DNA of 64,000 nt from Actinomycetota bacterium (lineage in GTDB: Bacteria; Actinomycetota; Thermoleophilia; Gaiellales; F1-60-MAGs149). Shown here piece by piece: positions 35,154 to 44,942 of this stretch. Location: assembly GCA_009885805.1 (NCBI GenBank), contig VFJZ01000035.1, positions 10,107 through 74,106 on the forward strand. Direction: 5' to 3'. Under the pieces are notes generated by a model, which worked only from the letters and a program-made list of their open reading frames with translations, ran no database searches and was not told the DNA's origin. Within the stretch, counting starts at the first letter, position 1, and every line of letters starts with the position of its first letter. The translations under genes were made by a program, and so were the position numbers.

Positions 35154-37457
35154 ATGGCGGCGCGCACGCGACGACGGACGGGAGAGGCCAGGCGAGCCCC
35201 GAAATGGGTCTCGGAAGCACTGCTCGAGCGGCTCGGTGACGCGCTCGGCGACGGGCAGTTCGCGGACGAAGCACGCCGCAAGGACGGGGTGTGGCCCGAC
35301 CGGCTGGACGTGCTGATCGAGCACGCCGGCGGATCGGTGCCGCCGGCCGAGTTGACCGAGACGCTCGATTCCCTCGTCGACCGGTACGGATCGACGCGCG
35401 TCGCGCTGACGATGCTGCGCAGCGGCCTGCCCGTAGCGATGGCAGCGCCGGCGGTCGAGCGCTTCCTCGACGACGACGCACTCGAGCCGCTCCCGGTCGA
35501 GCCGACGTCGAATGGCAGCGCCGGCAACGCCGGCGGTGCGTCGAGTACGGCGAATGCCGTTCGGGAGCGCGACCGTTTCGCCGACGACCTGCGGCGTGAG
35601 CGCGAGCGGGTGCGGGAGAAGGACCGCAAGCTGCGCGAGGAGCGCACCGCCCACGCCGCCACGCGCTCCGAGCTGACTTCGGAGCGCGACAAGCTCAGGA
35701 ACGCCGTGAAGGATCTCGAACGCCAGCTGGCGGCAGGCCCGTCGGGCGCCGCCATCGAGGCGGCCGACGTCGCCCGACGCGAGGCCGAGAGCGAACTCGC
35801 CGAAGCGAACAGAGCGGCGATCGCCGCCGGCGCGGAGACGACCAGCGCCCGCGCGGACACGCGACGGCTGGAGGTCGCGGTGGCGAAGGCGCGAGCCGAG
35901 GTCGACACGTTACAGGCCGAGTTGGCGGAGGTCCGCGCTGCGCCGCCGTCCACGACCGACCTCGTCCGGGCCGCGCGCCACGTCGGCGCGGCGGCGCTCC
36001 TGCGACTCGAGGCACCAGGCGCGGGTGACGCCGAACTGCTCGAGGTCGTCGTCGCCGTCACGCGCTGGCAGACGGCGCTGCAGGGTGGCAGCCGCCGATC
36101 GCGAGCGACGGCGGCTCCGGCAGAACCCGCGGCCCCGGTCGACCCCTCACCGCCACCCGCGCCGGCCCCGGCGGAGCGGACGCGGGCGGGACGGGCCCGT
36201 GCCGCGGCGCGTGCAATCGGCGGCCCACTACGGGTCACGATCGTCGGTGGCGGCGGCGTCGGCTCGTCCGCCTACCTGGCCGAGTTCGCCGGCGCCCGCA
36301 TCCTGCTCGACTGCGGCATGGGCGGGGCCGGCCTGCACGGCGACGCGCCGTCGGATCTCGACGCCGTCATCCTCAGCCACGCCCACGGCGATCACATGGG
36401 CGGCCTCGCGGACCTCCTGCGGCGCCAGCCCGACCTCCGCGTCTATTGCTCGAAGCCGACGAAGCTCCTCGCCACGTACCAGGCGAACGCGGCCGAGGAT
36501 TACATCCCCGGTGATCGCATGCTCGTCCGCGATCCGGGAGAGACCTACCGGATCCTCGACGGCGCCGTCGAACTGACCCTCCATCGCGTCGCGCACATCC
36601 TCGGCTCGTGCGCAATTCGCCTGCGGTTCGCGGACGATCGCGTCGTCGTCTACAGCGGCGATCTCGGCGGAGCCGGTCTGCGCACGCTGCGGCCGTCCGA
36701 TCCGCTCCCGCTCGGCGGCGCGACGGCGGTCCTGCTGGAATCGACGCTCGGCGATCGCGGGCCGATCCGGGCGAGCCACGAGACGGGCTTCCTCCGTGAC
36801 CTCGCGAACGTCGTCCGGGGCGGAGGGTGCGCCGTGCTGCCCGCGGCGAGCGTCGGCCGGGCGCAGGAGTTGGCGGCGCTGATCGGCAGCGGTCTACGCG
36901 ACGGCGTGCTGCCCGACGCGCCCGTGCGGATGACGCCGCTCGGGCGACGGGTGCTCGACCGCTACCGCGCCGGCGACCGCGACGGCTGGCTGGCCGACCC
37001 GCCGTACCCGGAGGTGACGATCCTGCGGCCGGAGGAGCCGGCCGCCGAGGTCGTGGCACAACCAAGCTACGTCATCGTCGGCGGTGCCTCGGCGCTCGAG
37101 CGGCGCAGCGGGCAGCTCGCGTTCGCCGCGGCGCGGCGTCCCGAGTGCGGCGTCTTCTTCACGGGCTACTCCGGTGCCAACGCCCGCCAGCGCACGACCG
37201 GCGACGTCTTCGAGCTCCAGGACGAGGACGGCCGCACGCAGCGCGTCGAGATCGCCTGCCGCTGGGGGTGGGTGCCGAGCCCGGACCACGCCTCGCAGCG
37301 CGAACTCGTGCGGGCGGTCGCCGCGCTCCCGCGGAAGGTGCCTGTCCTGCTCGTCCACGGCGTGGAGGACGCCAAGCGCGAGCTGGCGGAGAAGCTGCGC
37401 ACGGCGGGACACGACGACGTGCGGCTGCTGCAGGACGGCGATGTGGTCGAGTTCTGA
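35154..37457 (+). CDS. Coiled-coil protein fused to an MBL-fold beta-CASP nuclease (RNA-type motif C)
   Basis: ATG 35154 (the upstream part of the track ORF is antisense to two real genes); ILLDCGMG, HAHGDHMGG, YSGDLGG, LLESTLGDR, GRAQEL, SPDHAS, LLVHGVED. Confidence 0.8.
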   Translation: MAARTRRRTGEARRAPKWVSEALLERLGDALGDGQFADEARRKDGVWPDRLDVLIEHAGGSVPPAELTETLDSLVDRYGSTRVALTMLRSGLPVAMAAPAVERFLDDDALEPLPVEPTSNGSAGNAGGASSTANAVRERDRFADDLRRERERVREKDRKLREERTAHAATRSELTSERDKLRNAVKDLERQLAAGPSGAAIEAADVARREAESELAEANRAAIAAGAETTSARADTRRLEVAVAKARAEVDTLQAELAEVRAAPPSTTDLVRAARHVGAAALLRLEAPGAGDAELLEVVVAVTRWQTALQGGSRRSRATAAPAEPAAPVDPSPPPAPAPAERTRAGRARAAARAIGGPLRVTIVGGGGVGSSAYLAEFAGARILLDCGMGGAGLHGDAPSDLDAVILSHAHGDHMGGLADLLRRQPDLRVYCSKPTKLLATYQANAAEDYIPGDRMLVRDPGETYRILDGAVELTLHRVAHILGSCAIRLRFADDRVVVYSGDLGGAGLRTLRPSDPLPLGGATAVLLESTLGDRGPIRASHETGFLRDLANVVRGGGCAVLPAASVGRAQELAALIGSGLRDGVLPDAPVRMTPLGRRVLDRYRAGDRDGWLADPPYPEVTILRPEEPAAEVVAQPSYVIVGGASALERRSGQLAFAAARRPECGVFFTGYSGANARQRTTGDVFELQDEDGRTQRVEIACRWGWVPSPDHASQRELVRAVAALPRKVPVLLVHGVEDAKRELAEKLRTAGHDDVRLLQDGDVVEF

Positions 37458-37492
37458 CGGGCCGTCTCGGACGGCATCGGCACCCGACGCGT

Positions 37493-37819
37493 CTACGAGC
37501 CACCCGTCTCGGCCGGCGCGAAGAACACCAGCAGCTTCAGATCCTCCGTGATCGAGTGGAAGCGGTGGACGGCGTGCGCGGCGACGAACAGGATGTCGCC
37601 CGGCCCAACCGCGCGGTCCTCACCGTCGACGTGCAGTTGGCCGCGGCCCGCCGCGACGTAGTAGATCTCGTCCTCGGCGTGCGGCGTCTGGGGATCGTCG
37701 GTTCCGGCCGCCAGCACGTAGATCCCCAGACTGAGCGCCGGGACGCGGAAGAACTCCCGCCACAGGGCGCCGTCAGCGGCCTGCTCGGCCAGCAGACCGG
37801 GGAGGCTGAACGCATCCAT
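37493..37819 (-). CDS. Cupin domain protein
   Basis: 108 aa; HAEDEIYYVAAGRGQLHVDGE...GPGDILFVAAHAVHRF two-motif cupin signature; ATGA overlap with the upstream CCG-domain gene. Confidence 0.75.
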   Translation of the reverse strand: MDAFSLPGLLAEQAADGALWREFFRVPALSLGIYVLAAGTDDPQTPHAEDEIYYVAAGRGQLHVDGEDRAVGPGDILFVAAHAVHRFHSITEDLKLLVFFAPAETGGS

Positions 37820-38730
37820 CAGTCGGCGCTCACGACGGACGGGAGGCGCAGCTTCTCCTTCACGTCGTCGGACAGCCGCACGATGTGGCGTCGGAACCGC
37901 AGCTGTGACTCCTCGACCCCGGCCGCCGCGCCGAGCAGCTGCGCGAGGTGCAGCACCGGCAGCTTGAACTCCATGCCCGCCACGTCAGCCGCCTTCGCCT
38001 GCCAGGCGTCGAGCGACAGGTGGCAGAGCGGACAGGGCGTGACCATCACGTCGGCGCCGGCCTCGGTCGCCTCGCGCAGCGGCTGCACGAGCTCGCCGAG
38101 CGCGACGTCCTCGCGCGCCAGCACGATCGGGAAGCCACAACACTTGACCTTCGCGGGATAGTCGATCGCCTCGGCGCCGCACGCCTCGATCAGGCGCTCC
38201 AGCGACGAGGGTCGGTCGGGATCCTCGAAGCCGAGCAGCTTCGCGGGCCGGAGGATCTGACAGCCGTAGAAGGGCGCCACCTTGAGGCCCTCGAGCGAGC
38301 GGACGGCAATCTGCTTGAAGCGCTCGAACCCGTCACCGGACGAGACCTCCCAGAGGAGGTGACGGACATCGATCCCGCCGTCGTAGCCGGCGATCCCGGC
38401 GCTCTTCAGGTTGTCGTTCACTCGCGCCAGCTCGGCTGGGTCTTCAGTCAGCCTCTGGTTCGCCTGGCGCAGGTTGAGCGTGCAGACGTTGCAGATGGTC
38501 AGCAGCGTCTTGCAGCCGCTGCGCTCGGCCTGGCCGAGGATGCGGGCGGACAGGTGCAGGTAGTAGTCGGGCTTCGCCTCGTGGATGTCACCGGCGCCGC
38601 AGCACGTGACCGACGGCATGTCGACGAGTTCGACATCGAGCCGCTTCGTGATCGCCCGCGTCGACGAGTCGAGCTCCTTCTGCGACAGGCTGGCGAGGCA
38701 GCCGGGGTAGTAGGCGTAGCGCTCGTCCAT
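37819..38730 (-). CDS. HdrB-like CCG-domain subunit (SdhE of type E succinate:quinone oxidoreductase)
   Basis: Two CCG modules: TCCGAG...CNVC and KCCGFP...CPLC; immediately downstream of sdhB. Confidence 0.8.
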   Translation of the reverse strand: MDERYAYYPGCLASLSQKELDSSTRAITKRLDVELVDMPSVTCCGAGDIHEAKPDYYLHLSARILGQAERSGCKTLLTICNVCTLNLRQANQRLTEDPAELARVNDNLKSAGIAGYDGGIDVRHLLWEVSSGDGFERFKQIAVRSLEGLKVAPFYGCQILRPAKLLGFEDPDRPSSLERLIEACGAEAIDYPAKVKCCGFPIVLAREDVALGELVQPLREATEAGADVMVTPCPLCHLSLDAWQAKAADVAGMEFKLPVLHLAQLLGAAAGVEESQLRFRRHIVRLSDDVKEKLRLPSVVSAD

Positions 38731-38733
38731 CTC

Positions 38734-39777
38734 TCAGGCTCCCTCGGGCGCGCGAGTCGCGCGCTCCCTGTGCTTCGGCGCCTGGGCCTCGAGCAGCTTC
38801 CAGAGCCGTTTGACTTCGGCGTTGTCCTTCGCCTTGTGCGGCGCGAGCGGGTTCGGCACCTTGCCGGCGCGGGCCAGCTGGAACGCGAACGGCAGCTGCT
38901 GGATCGCCGCGATCGGGCCGATCGTCTTCGGGACGAGTTCGGTCTCGCGCAGGTAGCCACCCTTGTAGGTGGACTGCACGAACACCTTCGCGTGCTTCGC
39001 GCCCTCGTCGCGAGCGATGCCCTCGCGGAACGCCTCGCCGCCGAGCTTGGCGATCGCGTCGCGCGGATCGACGCCCTTCGGGCAGCGCTGGTTGCAGAAG
39101 TAGCAGCGCGTGCAGTCCCAGATGCCGTGCGCTCCTGACAGCTCCTTGAGACGCTCGCGCGCGTCGCCGTCGCGAACGTCGCCGACGAACCGATACGCCT
39201 TCGCGAGCGCGGCGGGCCCGAGGAAGTCAGGATCCGAGTCCATCGAGTTGCATTCCGAGACGCAGCAGCCGCACATGATGCAGAGCGACTCCTTCGCGAT
39301 CAGCGCGCTCTGACGGGGCGTCACACGCCACTCGGTCTCCGGATCGTCGACGCCGCCGGTATCGAGGAACGGCTTGACGGCGTGCACCTTCTGCCAGAAG
39401 GGCGCCATGTCGACGACGAGGTCCTTGATCACCGGCAGGTTGCCCATCGGCGACACCGTGACCACGTGACCGGCGTCGACGAACGGCTTCATCGCCGTCT
39501 TGCAGGCGAGGACGGCGCCGCCGTCCATGCGCATGCCGCACGACCCGCATACCGCCATCCGGCAGCTCTTGCGATAGGCGAGCGTGCCGTCGAGTTTGTC
39601 CTTCACGACGTCGAGGGCATCGAGCAGGGTCGCCGTCGTCGCGACCTCGACCGTGTACGAGCGCGTCTCCGGTCGGGAACCCTCGCCGGCGTAGCGCCGG
39701 ACGCGAAGGGTGACCTCCATCAACTCGACGTCGTAGGCACCCTGGAGCGTCGTCAGGTGAGCGTTCTCGATGGCCAT
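38734..39777 (-). CDS. sdhB: Succinate dehydrogenase/fumarate reductase iron-sulfur subunit with C-terminal extension
   Basis: ATG 39777 (ATGA overlap with sdhA); CRMAVCGSCGM, CIMCGCCVSECN, CTRCYFCNQRCP (extra Cys in the third cluster motif). Confidence 0.9.
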   Translation of the reverse strand: MAIENAHLTTLQGAYDVELMEVTLRVRRYAGEGSRPETRSYTVEVATTATLLDALDVVKDKLDGTLAYRKSCRMAVCGSCGMRMDGGAVLACKTAMKPFVDAGHVVTVSPMGNLPVIKDLVVDMAPFWQKVHAVKPFLDTGGVDDPETEWRVTPRQSALIAKESLCIMCGCCVSECNSMDSDPDFLGPAALAKAYRFVGDVRDGDARERLKELSGAHGIWDCTRCYFCNQRCPKGVDPRDAIAKLGGEAFREGIARDEGAKHAKVFVQSTYKGGYLRETELVPKTIGPIAAIQQLPFAFQLARAGKVPNPLAPHKAKDNAEVKRLWKLLEAQAPKHRERATRAPEGA

Positions 39778-41486
39778 CAGTAGCTCCTCGCCAGGGGCTG
39801 GTACTTCGTCACGGTGACCGGCTTGTAGTCGAGGCGCACCTCGCCGCCGTCGTGCCAGCACAGCGTGTGCTTCATCCAGCGATCGTCGTCGCGTTCCGTG
39901 TAGTCGAGGCGGGAGTGGGCGCCGCGGCTCTCCTGGCGGGCGAGCGCGCCGGTGACGAGGCAGTCGGCGCACTCCAGCATCGCCTCGAGTTCCAGGGCCT
40001 GGACGAGATCGGAGTTGAACAGCGAGCCGCGATCCTCCAGCTGAAGGTTCCGCGCGCGGTCGCGCAGCGCGTGGACTGCCGCTCGCGCCTCCGTCAGCGC
40101 CGACTCGGTGCGGAACACGCCGGCCTTGTCGTACATCGTCTTCGCCATCTCCTCGCGGAGCACGGCAGGCCGCTCGCCGCCCTCGGCGCCGAGGAGCGCG
40201 GCGATGCGCCGCCGCTCGTCGGCGACGACGGAGGCCTCGATCCGGGCGCCGGAGTCACCGTTGGAGCGGACGCGATCGCCAGCCGCCTGGCCCGCGCGCC
40301 GACCGAAGGTGATCGTCTCCATCAGCGAGTTGCCACCGAGCCGGTTCGCGCCGTGCACGGAGACGCAGGCAGCCTCGCCGGCGGCCCACAGGCCGGGGAT
40401 GATCGTCTCGCCCCAGATGTCGACGTCGACGCCACCCATGTGGTAATGGGCGCCGGGGCGGACGGGGATCGGCTCGTGGATCGGATCGACGCCGGCGTAG
40501 TCGAGCGCCAGCTCGCGCGATCCGGGCAGGCGCGTCTTGATCTTCTTCGGCCCGAGGTGCGTCAGGTCGAGCAGGACGCAGCCGTCGACGCCGCGGCCGT
40601 CGGCGATCTCCTTCCACTCCGCTCGCGAGACGACGTCGCGCGACGCGAGTTCCATCGCGTTCGGCGCGTCGATCGCCATGAACCGCTCGCCGAGGCTGTT
40701 CCGCAGGTACCCGCCCTCGCCGCGGCAGCCCTCGGTGATGAGGACCCCGTTCGACTTCAGCGTCGTCGGATGGAACTGCATGAACTCCATGTCCTTCAGC
40801 GGCACACCGGCGCGCCACGCGAGCGACATGCCGTCGCCGGTGCAGGCGTAGGCGTTCGTCGTCCCGTAGTACATCCGCCCCACCCCGCCGGTGGCGAGGA
40901 TCACCTGTGACGCCTCGATCGCGTGGATACCGCCGCGGACGAGATCCCAGGCCAGCACCCCGGCGCAACGGCCGTCGTCGACCACGATCTGGGTGCAGTG
41001 GAACTCCTCGTATACCTTCACCTCGTGCTTGACCAGCTGCTCGAAGAGCACGTGGATCAGGACATTCCCGGTGATGTCCGCCGAGTACACCGTCCGCGGC
41101 GCGCCGGCCGCGCCGAACGGCCGCTGCGCGAGCCGCCCGTCGTCGGACCGCGAGAAGATCGCGCCCATGTGCTCGAGTTCGTAGATGTCGCCGGGCGCCT
41201 CGTGGCACATGATCTCGATCGCGTCCTGATCGCCGAGGTAGTCGGAACCCTTGACGGTGTCGAAGGTGTGACTCTCGGGGGAGTCCTCGGTCGCGTTTCC
41301 GAGGGCGGCGTTGATACCGCCCTCGGCGGCGCCCGAGTGCGAGCGGGTCGGGTGGAGTTTCGAGACGACGGCGACGTCGACGCCCCGGCGCTTCGCTTCG
41401 ATGGCAGCCCGCATGCCGGCACAGCCGGCCCCGACGACTACCACATCGTGACGGATCAAGATCAGGCCTCCGAAATCACCGTGCAC
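39777..41486 (-). CDS. sdhA: Succinate dehydrogenase/fumarate reductase flavoprotein subunit
   Basis: [17 protein letters not shown] fold, [11 protein letters not shown] (covalent-FAD His), HPTT, HYHMGG, RLGGNSL motifs; exact start not certain. Confidence 0.95.
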   Translation of the reverse strand: MHGDFGGLILIRHDVVVVGAGCAGMRAAIEAKRRGVDVAVVSKLHPTRSHSGAAEGGINAALGNATEDSPESHTFDTVKGSDYLGDQDAIEIMCHEAPGDIYELEHMGAIFSRSDDGRLAQRPFGAAGAPRTVYSADITGNVLIHVLFEQLVKHEVKVYEEFHCTQIVVDDGRCAGVLAWDLVRGGIHAIEASQVILATGGVGRMYYGTTNAYACTGDGMSLAWRAGVPLKDMEFMQFHPTTLKSNGVLITEGCRGEGGYLRNSLGERFMAIDAPNAMELASRDVVSRAEWKEIADGRGVDGCVLLDLTHLGPKKIKTRLPGSRELALDYAGVDPIHEPIPVRPGAHYHMGGVDVDIWGETIIPGLWAAGEAACVSVHGANRLGGNSLMETITFGRRAGQAAGDRVRSNGDSGARIEASVVADERRRIAALLGAEGGERPAVLREEMAKTMYDKAGVFRTESALTEARAAVHALRDRARNLQLEDRGSLFNSDLVQALELEAMLECADCLVTGALARQESRGAHSRLDYTERDDDRWMKHTLCWHDGGEVRLDYKPVTVTKYQPLARSY

Positions 41487-41513
41487 GGCTGGGCGCGCAC
41501 CAACGAAGGCTAT

Positions 41514-41573
41514 GCGAGGGGCCGGACGGGGGCAACCTTGTAACGGCTCTCACGCACCCGTCCGGCCCCTCGC
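41514..41573 (-). terminator. Long inverted repeat (17-bp stem, 26-nt loop) downstream of the phytase-like gene
   Basis: gcgaggggccggacggg ... cccgtccggcccctcgc between the stop at 41578 and the sdhA start. Confidence 0.4.
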
Positions 41574-41577
41574 GCGC

Positions 41578-42669
41578 TCAGCGCAGGCCCGGGACGCGCA
41601 GCACGACGATCTCGTTGTCGTCAGCACGGCCGGGGTTACGACCGGTCGAGAAGGGGAAGTTGTTGTCGTTGGCGACGAGGAGCCGGTTGCCGCCGCGCGG
41701 CAGCACCGACTCGATCGTCACGAACGGCATCGCGAACGACGTCCCGAGCCCGAGGTCGCCGGGCCTGGCGGGTAGCGAGATCGCGGTCGGGTCGGAGATG
41801 GCGAGCAGGTCGGCGACGTCGCGTCGTCCGAGGAACCCGTCGACGCCGGACTCGGAGAGGTCGATCGCGACCAGGCGCTTGTACGCGGCGAGCGCGTCCT
41901 GCCGTTCGTCTCGCTCGATCACGATCAGGCGGTCGCCCGCCAGCCGGGTGAGATCGCCGGTGGCGTTGGCGGCCTCCGCCATCCGGTACGCGAACCGGCG
42001 CCCCGTGTAGCGGTCCCGCGTCGTGTCGAACTCGTGGATGAACCGGCGCCGCTGATCGGCGTCGGCGAGGAGCGCACCCTCGAGCATCGGGTACAGGTAG
42101 CGGCCGTTGCTCGACACCGCCATGCCCTCGAATCCCTTCGAGCGGCCGAGCGTGGGTGCCTCGCTCCCGAGCGTCGGATTCTGTGGCGACTTCGCACCCG
42201 CGAGCGGGAACGGCGCATCGAGCACGACGCCAGTCTCATCGGTGTGGAGCAGGGACGGACCGAACCCGTCCCCGAACCACAGGTCACCGTCGTCGTCGCG
42301 GCGAACCGACTCGATGTCGAAGTCGGCGCCGGTCAGACGGCGGTCGGGCCGCGTGAGCGGGAAGCCGATCCGGTGGTTCGGATCGCGGAGCTGGATGAAG
42401 CCACGGACCTCGACGCCGCCGGCACCGCCCGACGCATGCTCGAACGACGGCCGGATGCGGTAGACCCGCAGCAGGAAGTCCGCCGAGTTCTCCGTCGCAC
42501 CGAACCCGTTGTCGGACATCGCGAGGTAGCCGCCGCGTCCGTCGCGGAGGATCCCGCTGATGCCCTGGACCGGCTGGGAGGAGAACGGCGGCAGGAAGCC
42601 GTTGATCGCAGCGGTGCCGAGCAGGGAACCCGACGGCGGACCGTCGGCGAAGGTGGCGGCCGGCAGCAC
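41578..42669 (-). CDS. Esterase-like activity of phytase family protein; signal peptide is encoded out of frame upstream
   Basis: Body ORF from GTG 42669; GFEGMAVSSNGRYLYPMLEG and NDNNFPFS motifs; see the finding on 42669..42754. Confidence 0.7.
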   Translation of the reverse strand: MLPAATFADGPPSGSLLGTAAINGFLPPFSSQPVQGISGILRDGRGGYLAMSDNGFGATENSADFLLRVYRIRPSFEHASGGAGGVEVRGFIQLRDPNHRIGFPLTRPDRRLTGADFDIESVRRDDDGDLWFGDGFGPSLLHTDETGVVLDAPFPLAGAKSPQNPTLGSEAPTLGRSKGFEGMAVSSNGRYLYPMLEGALLADADQRRRFIHEFDTTRDRYTGRRFAYRMAEAANATGDLTRLAGDRLIVIERDERQDALAAYKRLVAIDLSESGVDGFLGRRDVADLLAISDPTAISLPARPGDLGLGTSFAMPFVTIESVLPRGGNRLLVANDNNFPFSTGRNPGRADDNEIVVLRVPGLR

Positions 42670-42813
42670 TGCCCGGCCGACGAGCTCCGTGGCGGGCGCG
42701 ACCGCCGGGAGTGAGCGCCGCCGCGGCGACGCAGGTGAAGGCGAGTTTCCTCATGCCGCCGATGCTGGCAGCCACACGCGGGCCGTCGGTTGCCGGGCAG
42801 CGACGGTTCAGGG

Positions 42814-44037
42814 TCAGGCCGGTGAAGCGAGCGCGCGCCGGAGGTTCGCGTCGATCGCGTCCATGAAGGCGACAGTCTCGAGCCAGGGCTGGTCGGGCCC
42901 GACGAGGGCGGCGAGGTCCTTCGTCATCTGCCCGCCCTCGACCGTCGCGACGACGACGCCCTCGAGCGCGCTCGCGAACCCGGCGAGGGCGTCGTTCGCG
43001 TCGAGCTTCGCCCGGTGCGCGAGGCCGCGCGTCCAGGCGTAGATCGAGGCGATCGGATTGGTCGAGGTCGGCTCGCCGCGCTGCCACTGGCGGTAGTGGC
43101 GCGTGACCGTACCGTGTGCCGCCTCCGCCTCGACGGTCGAACCGTCCGCCGTCATCAGCACGGAGGTCATCAGGCCGAGCGACCCGAAGCCCTGCGCCAC
43201 CGTGTCCGACTGCACGTCGCCGTCGTAGTTCTTGCAGGCCCAGACGAAGCCACCCTCCCACTTCATCGCCGCCGCCACCATGTCGTCGATCAGCCGGTGC
43301 TCGTACGTGATGGTCGCGGCGTCGAACGAGGCACGGAACTCGGCCTCGAACACCTCCTCGAACAGGTCCTTGAAGCGTCCGTCGTAGGCCTTCAGGATCG
43401 TGTTCTTCGTCGACAGGTAGACCGGATAGCCGCGCGCGAGGCCGTACCCGAACGCCGAGCGGGCGAAGTCGCGGATCGACTCGTCCAGGTTGTACATCGC
43501 CAGCGCAACGCCGCCGGAGGGGAAGTCGAAGACCTCCAGTTCGGTCGGCGCCGTGCCGTCGGCGGGCGCGAAGGTCAGCGTCAGCTTCCCGGGGCCGTCG
43601 ATGACCAGGTCGGTGGCGCGGTACTGGTCGCCGAACGCGTGGCGGCCGATGATGATCGGCTTCGTCCAGCCGGGCACGAGCCGCGGGACGTTCGAGATGA
43701 TGATCGGCTCACGGAAGACCGTCCCGCCGAGGATGTTGCGGATCGTGCCGTTCGGCGAGCGCCACATCTTCTTCAGACCGAACTCGGCGACCCGCGCCTC
43801 GTCCGGCGTGATCGTCGCGCACTTGACGCCGGCCCCGTGTCGCCGGATCGCGTGCGCCGCGTCGATCGTGACCTGGTCGTCCGTCGCGTCGCGGTGCTGG
43901 ATCGAGAGGTCGTAGTAGTCGAGCTTGACGTCCACGTACGGGAGGATCAGTCGCTCGCGGATCAGTTGCCAGATGATGCGCGTCATCTCGTCGCCGTCGA
44001 GTTCGACGACGGGATGCGCGACCGGGATCTTCGCCAT
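42814..44037 (-). CDS. icd: NADP-dependent isocitrate dehydrogenase (homodimeric, eukaryote-like subfamily)
   Basis: [42 protein letters not shown], 407 aa. Confidence 0.95.
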   Translation of the reverse strand: MAKIPVAHPVVELDGDEMTRIIWQLIRERLILPYVDVKLDYYDLSIQHRDATDDQVTIDAAHAIRRHGAGVKCATITPDEARVAEFGLKKMWRSPNGTIRNILGGTVFREPIIISNVPRLVPGWTKPIIIGRHAFGDQYRATDLVIDGPGKLTLTFAPADGTAPTELEVFDFPSGGVALAMYNLDESIRDFARSAFGYGLARGYPVYLSTKNTILKAYDGRFKDLFEEVFEAEFRASFDAATITYEHRLIDDMVAAAMKWEGGFVWACKNYDGDVQSDTVAQGFGSLGLMTSVLMTADGSTVEAEAAHGTVTRHYRQWQRGEPTSTNPIASIYAWTRGLAHRAKLDANDALAGFASALEGVVVATVEGGQMTKDLAALVGPDQPWLETVAFMDAIDANLRRALASPA

Positions 44038-44060
44038 GGGCAGAGAGGGTATCGGCGAGA

Positions 44061-44942
44061 TCAGGTCGGCAGCCGCAGCACGACGATGAGCGTCCCCTGC
44101 GAGAGACGTCCGCGCTCGTCGCTGACGATGTACTGCACGACGATGCGGCCGCGCTTGCGCAGCGCGATGACGCGGATGCGGCTGCCGCTGACCTCGACGC
44201 GGGCGCGTCGGGACGACGTTACGGCGGAGCGCAGGACGAGGCCGCGTCCCGTGTCATTGGTGAGCACGGCGACGCGTCGGACACGCCGCCTCTGCACCAC
44301 GCGATCGTTGACGGCGGCGGCAGCGCCCGGCGCGGGCGCGGGCGCCGGAGCCGGTCCGGGCACCGGAGCCGGAGCCGGCGCCGGTAGCGGCGGCGGTGGC
44401 GGTGGCGGTGGCGGTGTCGGAGCCGGCGGCGGCGGCACACCGGTGTCGGGCTGACCGAAGTTCTGCGTCCAGTAGATGCCGTACGGCGAGGTCGTGAGGC
44501 GCCCGACGCCGACCCCGATCGCGCGGAAGGCCGCGCTCTCGATGTTCGCGCGGTGTCCGGGCGAGGCGAGCCAGCCGGCCATCACCTCGGCCGGCGTTCG
44601 CTGCCCGGCGGCGATGTTCTCCCCGCGAGCGCCGCCACCGGTGTAGCCGCAGTCGTCCATCCGCTGCCACGGCGTCCGGCTCACGGGCGGCGCCGGGTCG
44701 GCATGGTCGAAGTAGCGGTAGAACGCCATGTGCAGCGACTTCCACTCCGCGGCCCGGTCGAGTGACGCACTGCGCGCGAGCGGCGCGAGGCCGATCGTGG
44801 CCCGGTGCGCGTTGACGAGCCTGACGACCTCGCCGGCGGCGGTGCGGTCGGCCGTTCCCCAGGTGGCGCCGGGGGTGCACTCGGCCGACGCTGCCGTTAC
44901 GGGGAGCGCCAGCAGCAGGGCGAAAGCCGCCCGGACCCTCAC
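44061..44942 (-). CDS. Secreted CAP/SCP (YkwD-like) domain protein with Pro-rich linker and C-terminal cadherin/Ig-like domain
   Basis: GTG 44942 (GTGA overlap with the upstream paralog); signal [16 protein letters not shown]; [28 protein letters not shown]; VAVLTNDTG...YIVSDERG. Confidence 0.75.
   Translation of the reverse strand: MRVRAAFALLLALPVTAASAECTPGATWGTADRTAAGEVVRLVNAHRATIGLAPLARSASLDRAAEWKSLHMAFYRYFDHADPAPPVSRTPWQRMDDCGYTGGGARGENIAAGQRTPAEVMAGWLASPGHRANIESAAFRAIGVGVGRLTTSPYGIYWTQNFGQPDTGVPPPPAPTPPPPPPPPPLPAPAPAPVPGPAPAPAPAPGAAAAVNDRVVQRRRVRRVAVLTNDTGRGLVLRSAVTSSRRARVEVSGSRIRVIALRKRGRIVVQYIVSDERGRLSQGTLIVVLRLPT
44330..44432. repeat. Simple-sequence tract (GGC/GGT and GCCGGA units) encoding the PAPAP/poly-Pro linker
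   Basis: cggcggtggcggtggcggtggcggtg and ccggagccggagccggcgccgg seen directly; translates on the minus strand to [36 protein letters not shown]. Confidence 0.6.

Noticed and set aside
41516-41571. The 41.5-kb inverted repeat as a further member of the REP-like family.
   Set aside because: Its stem sequence (gaggggccggacggg) and 26-nt loop are unrelated to the gggacaaagggg element. It is treated as an ordinary terminator-like structure.
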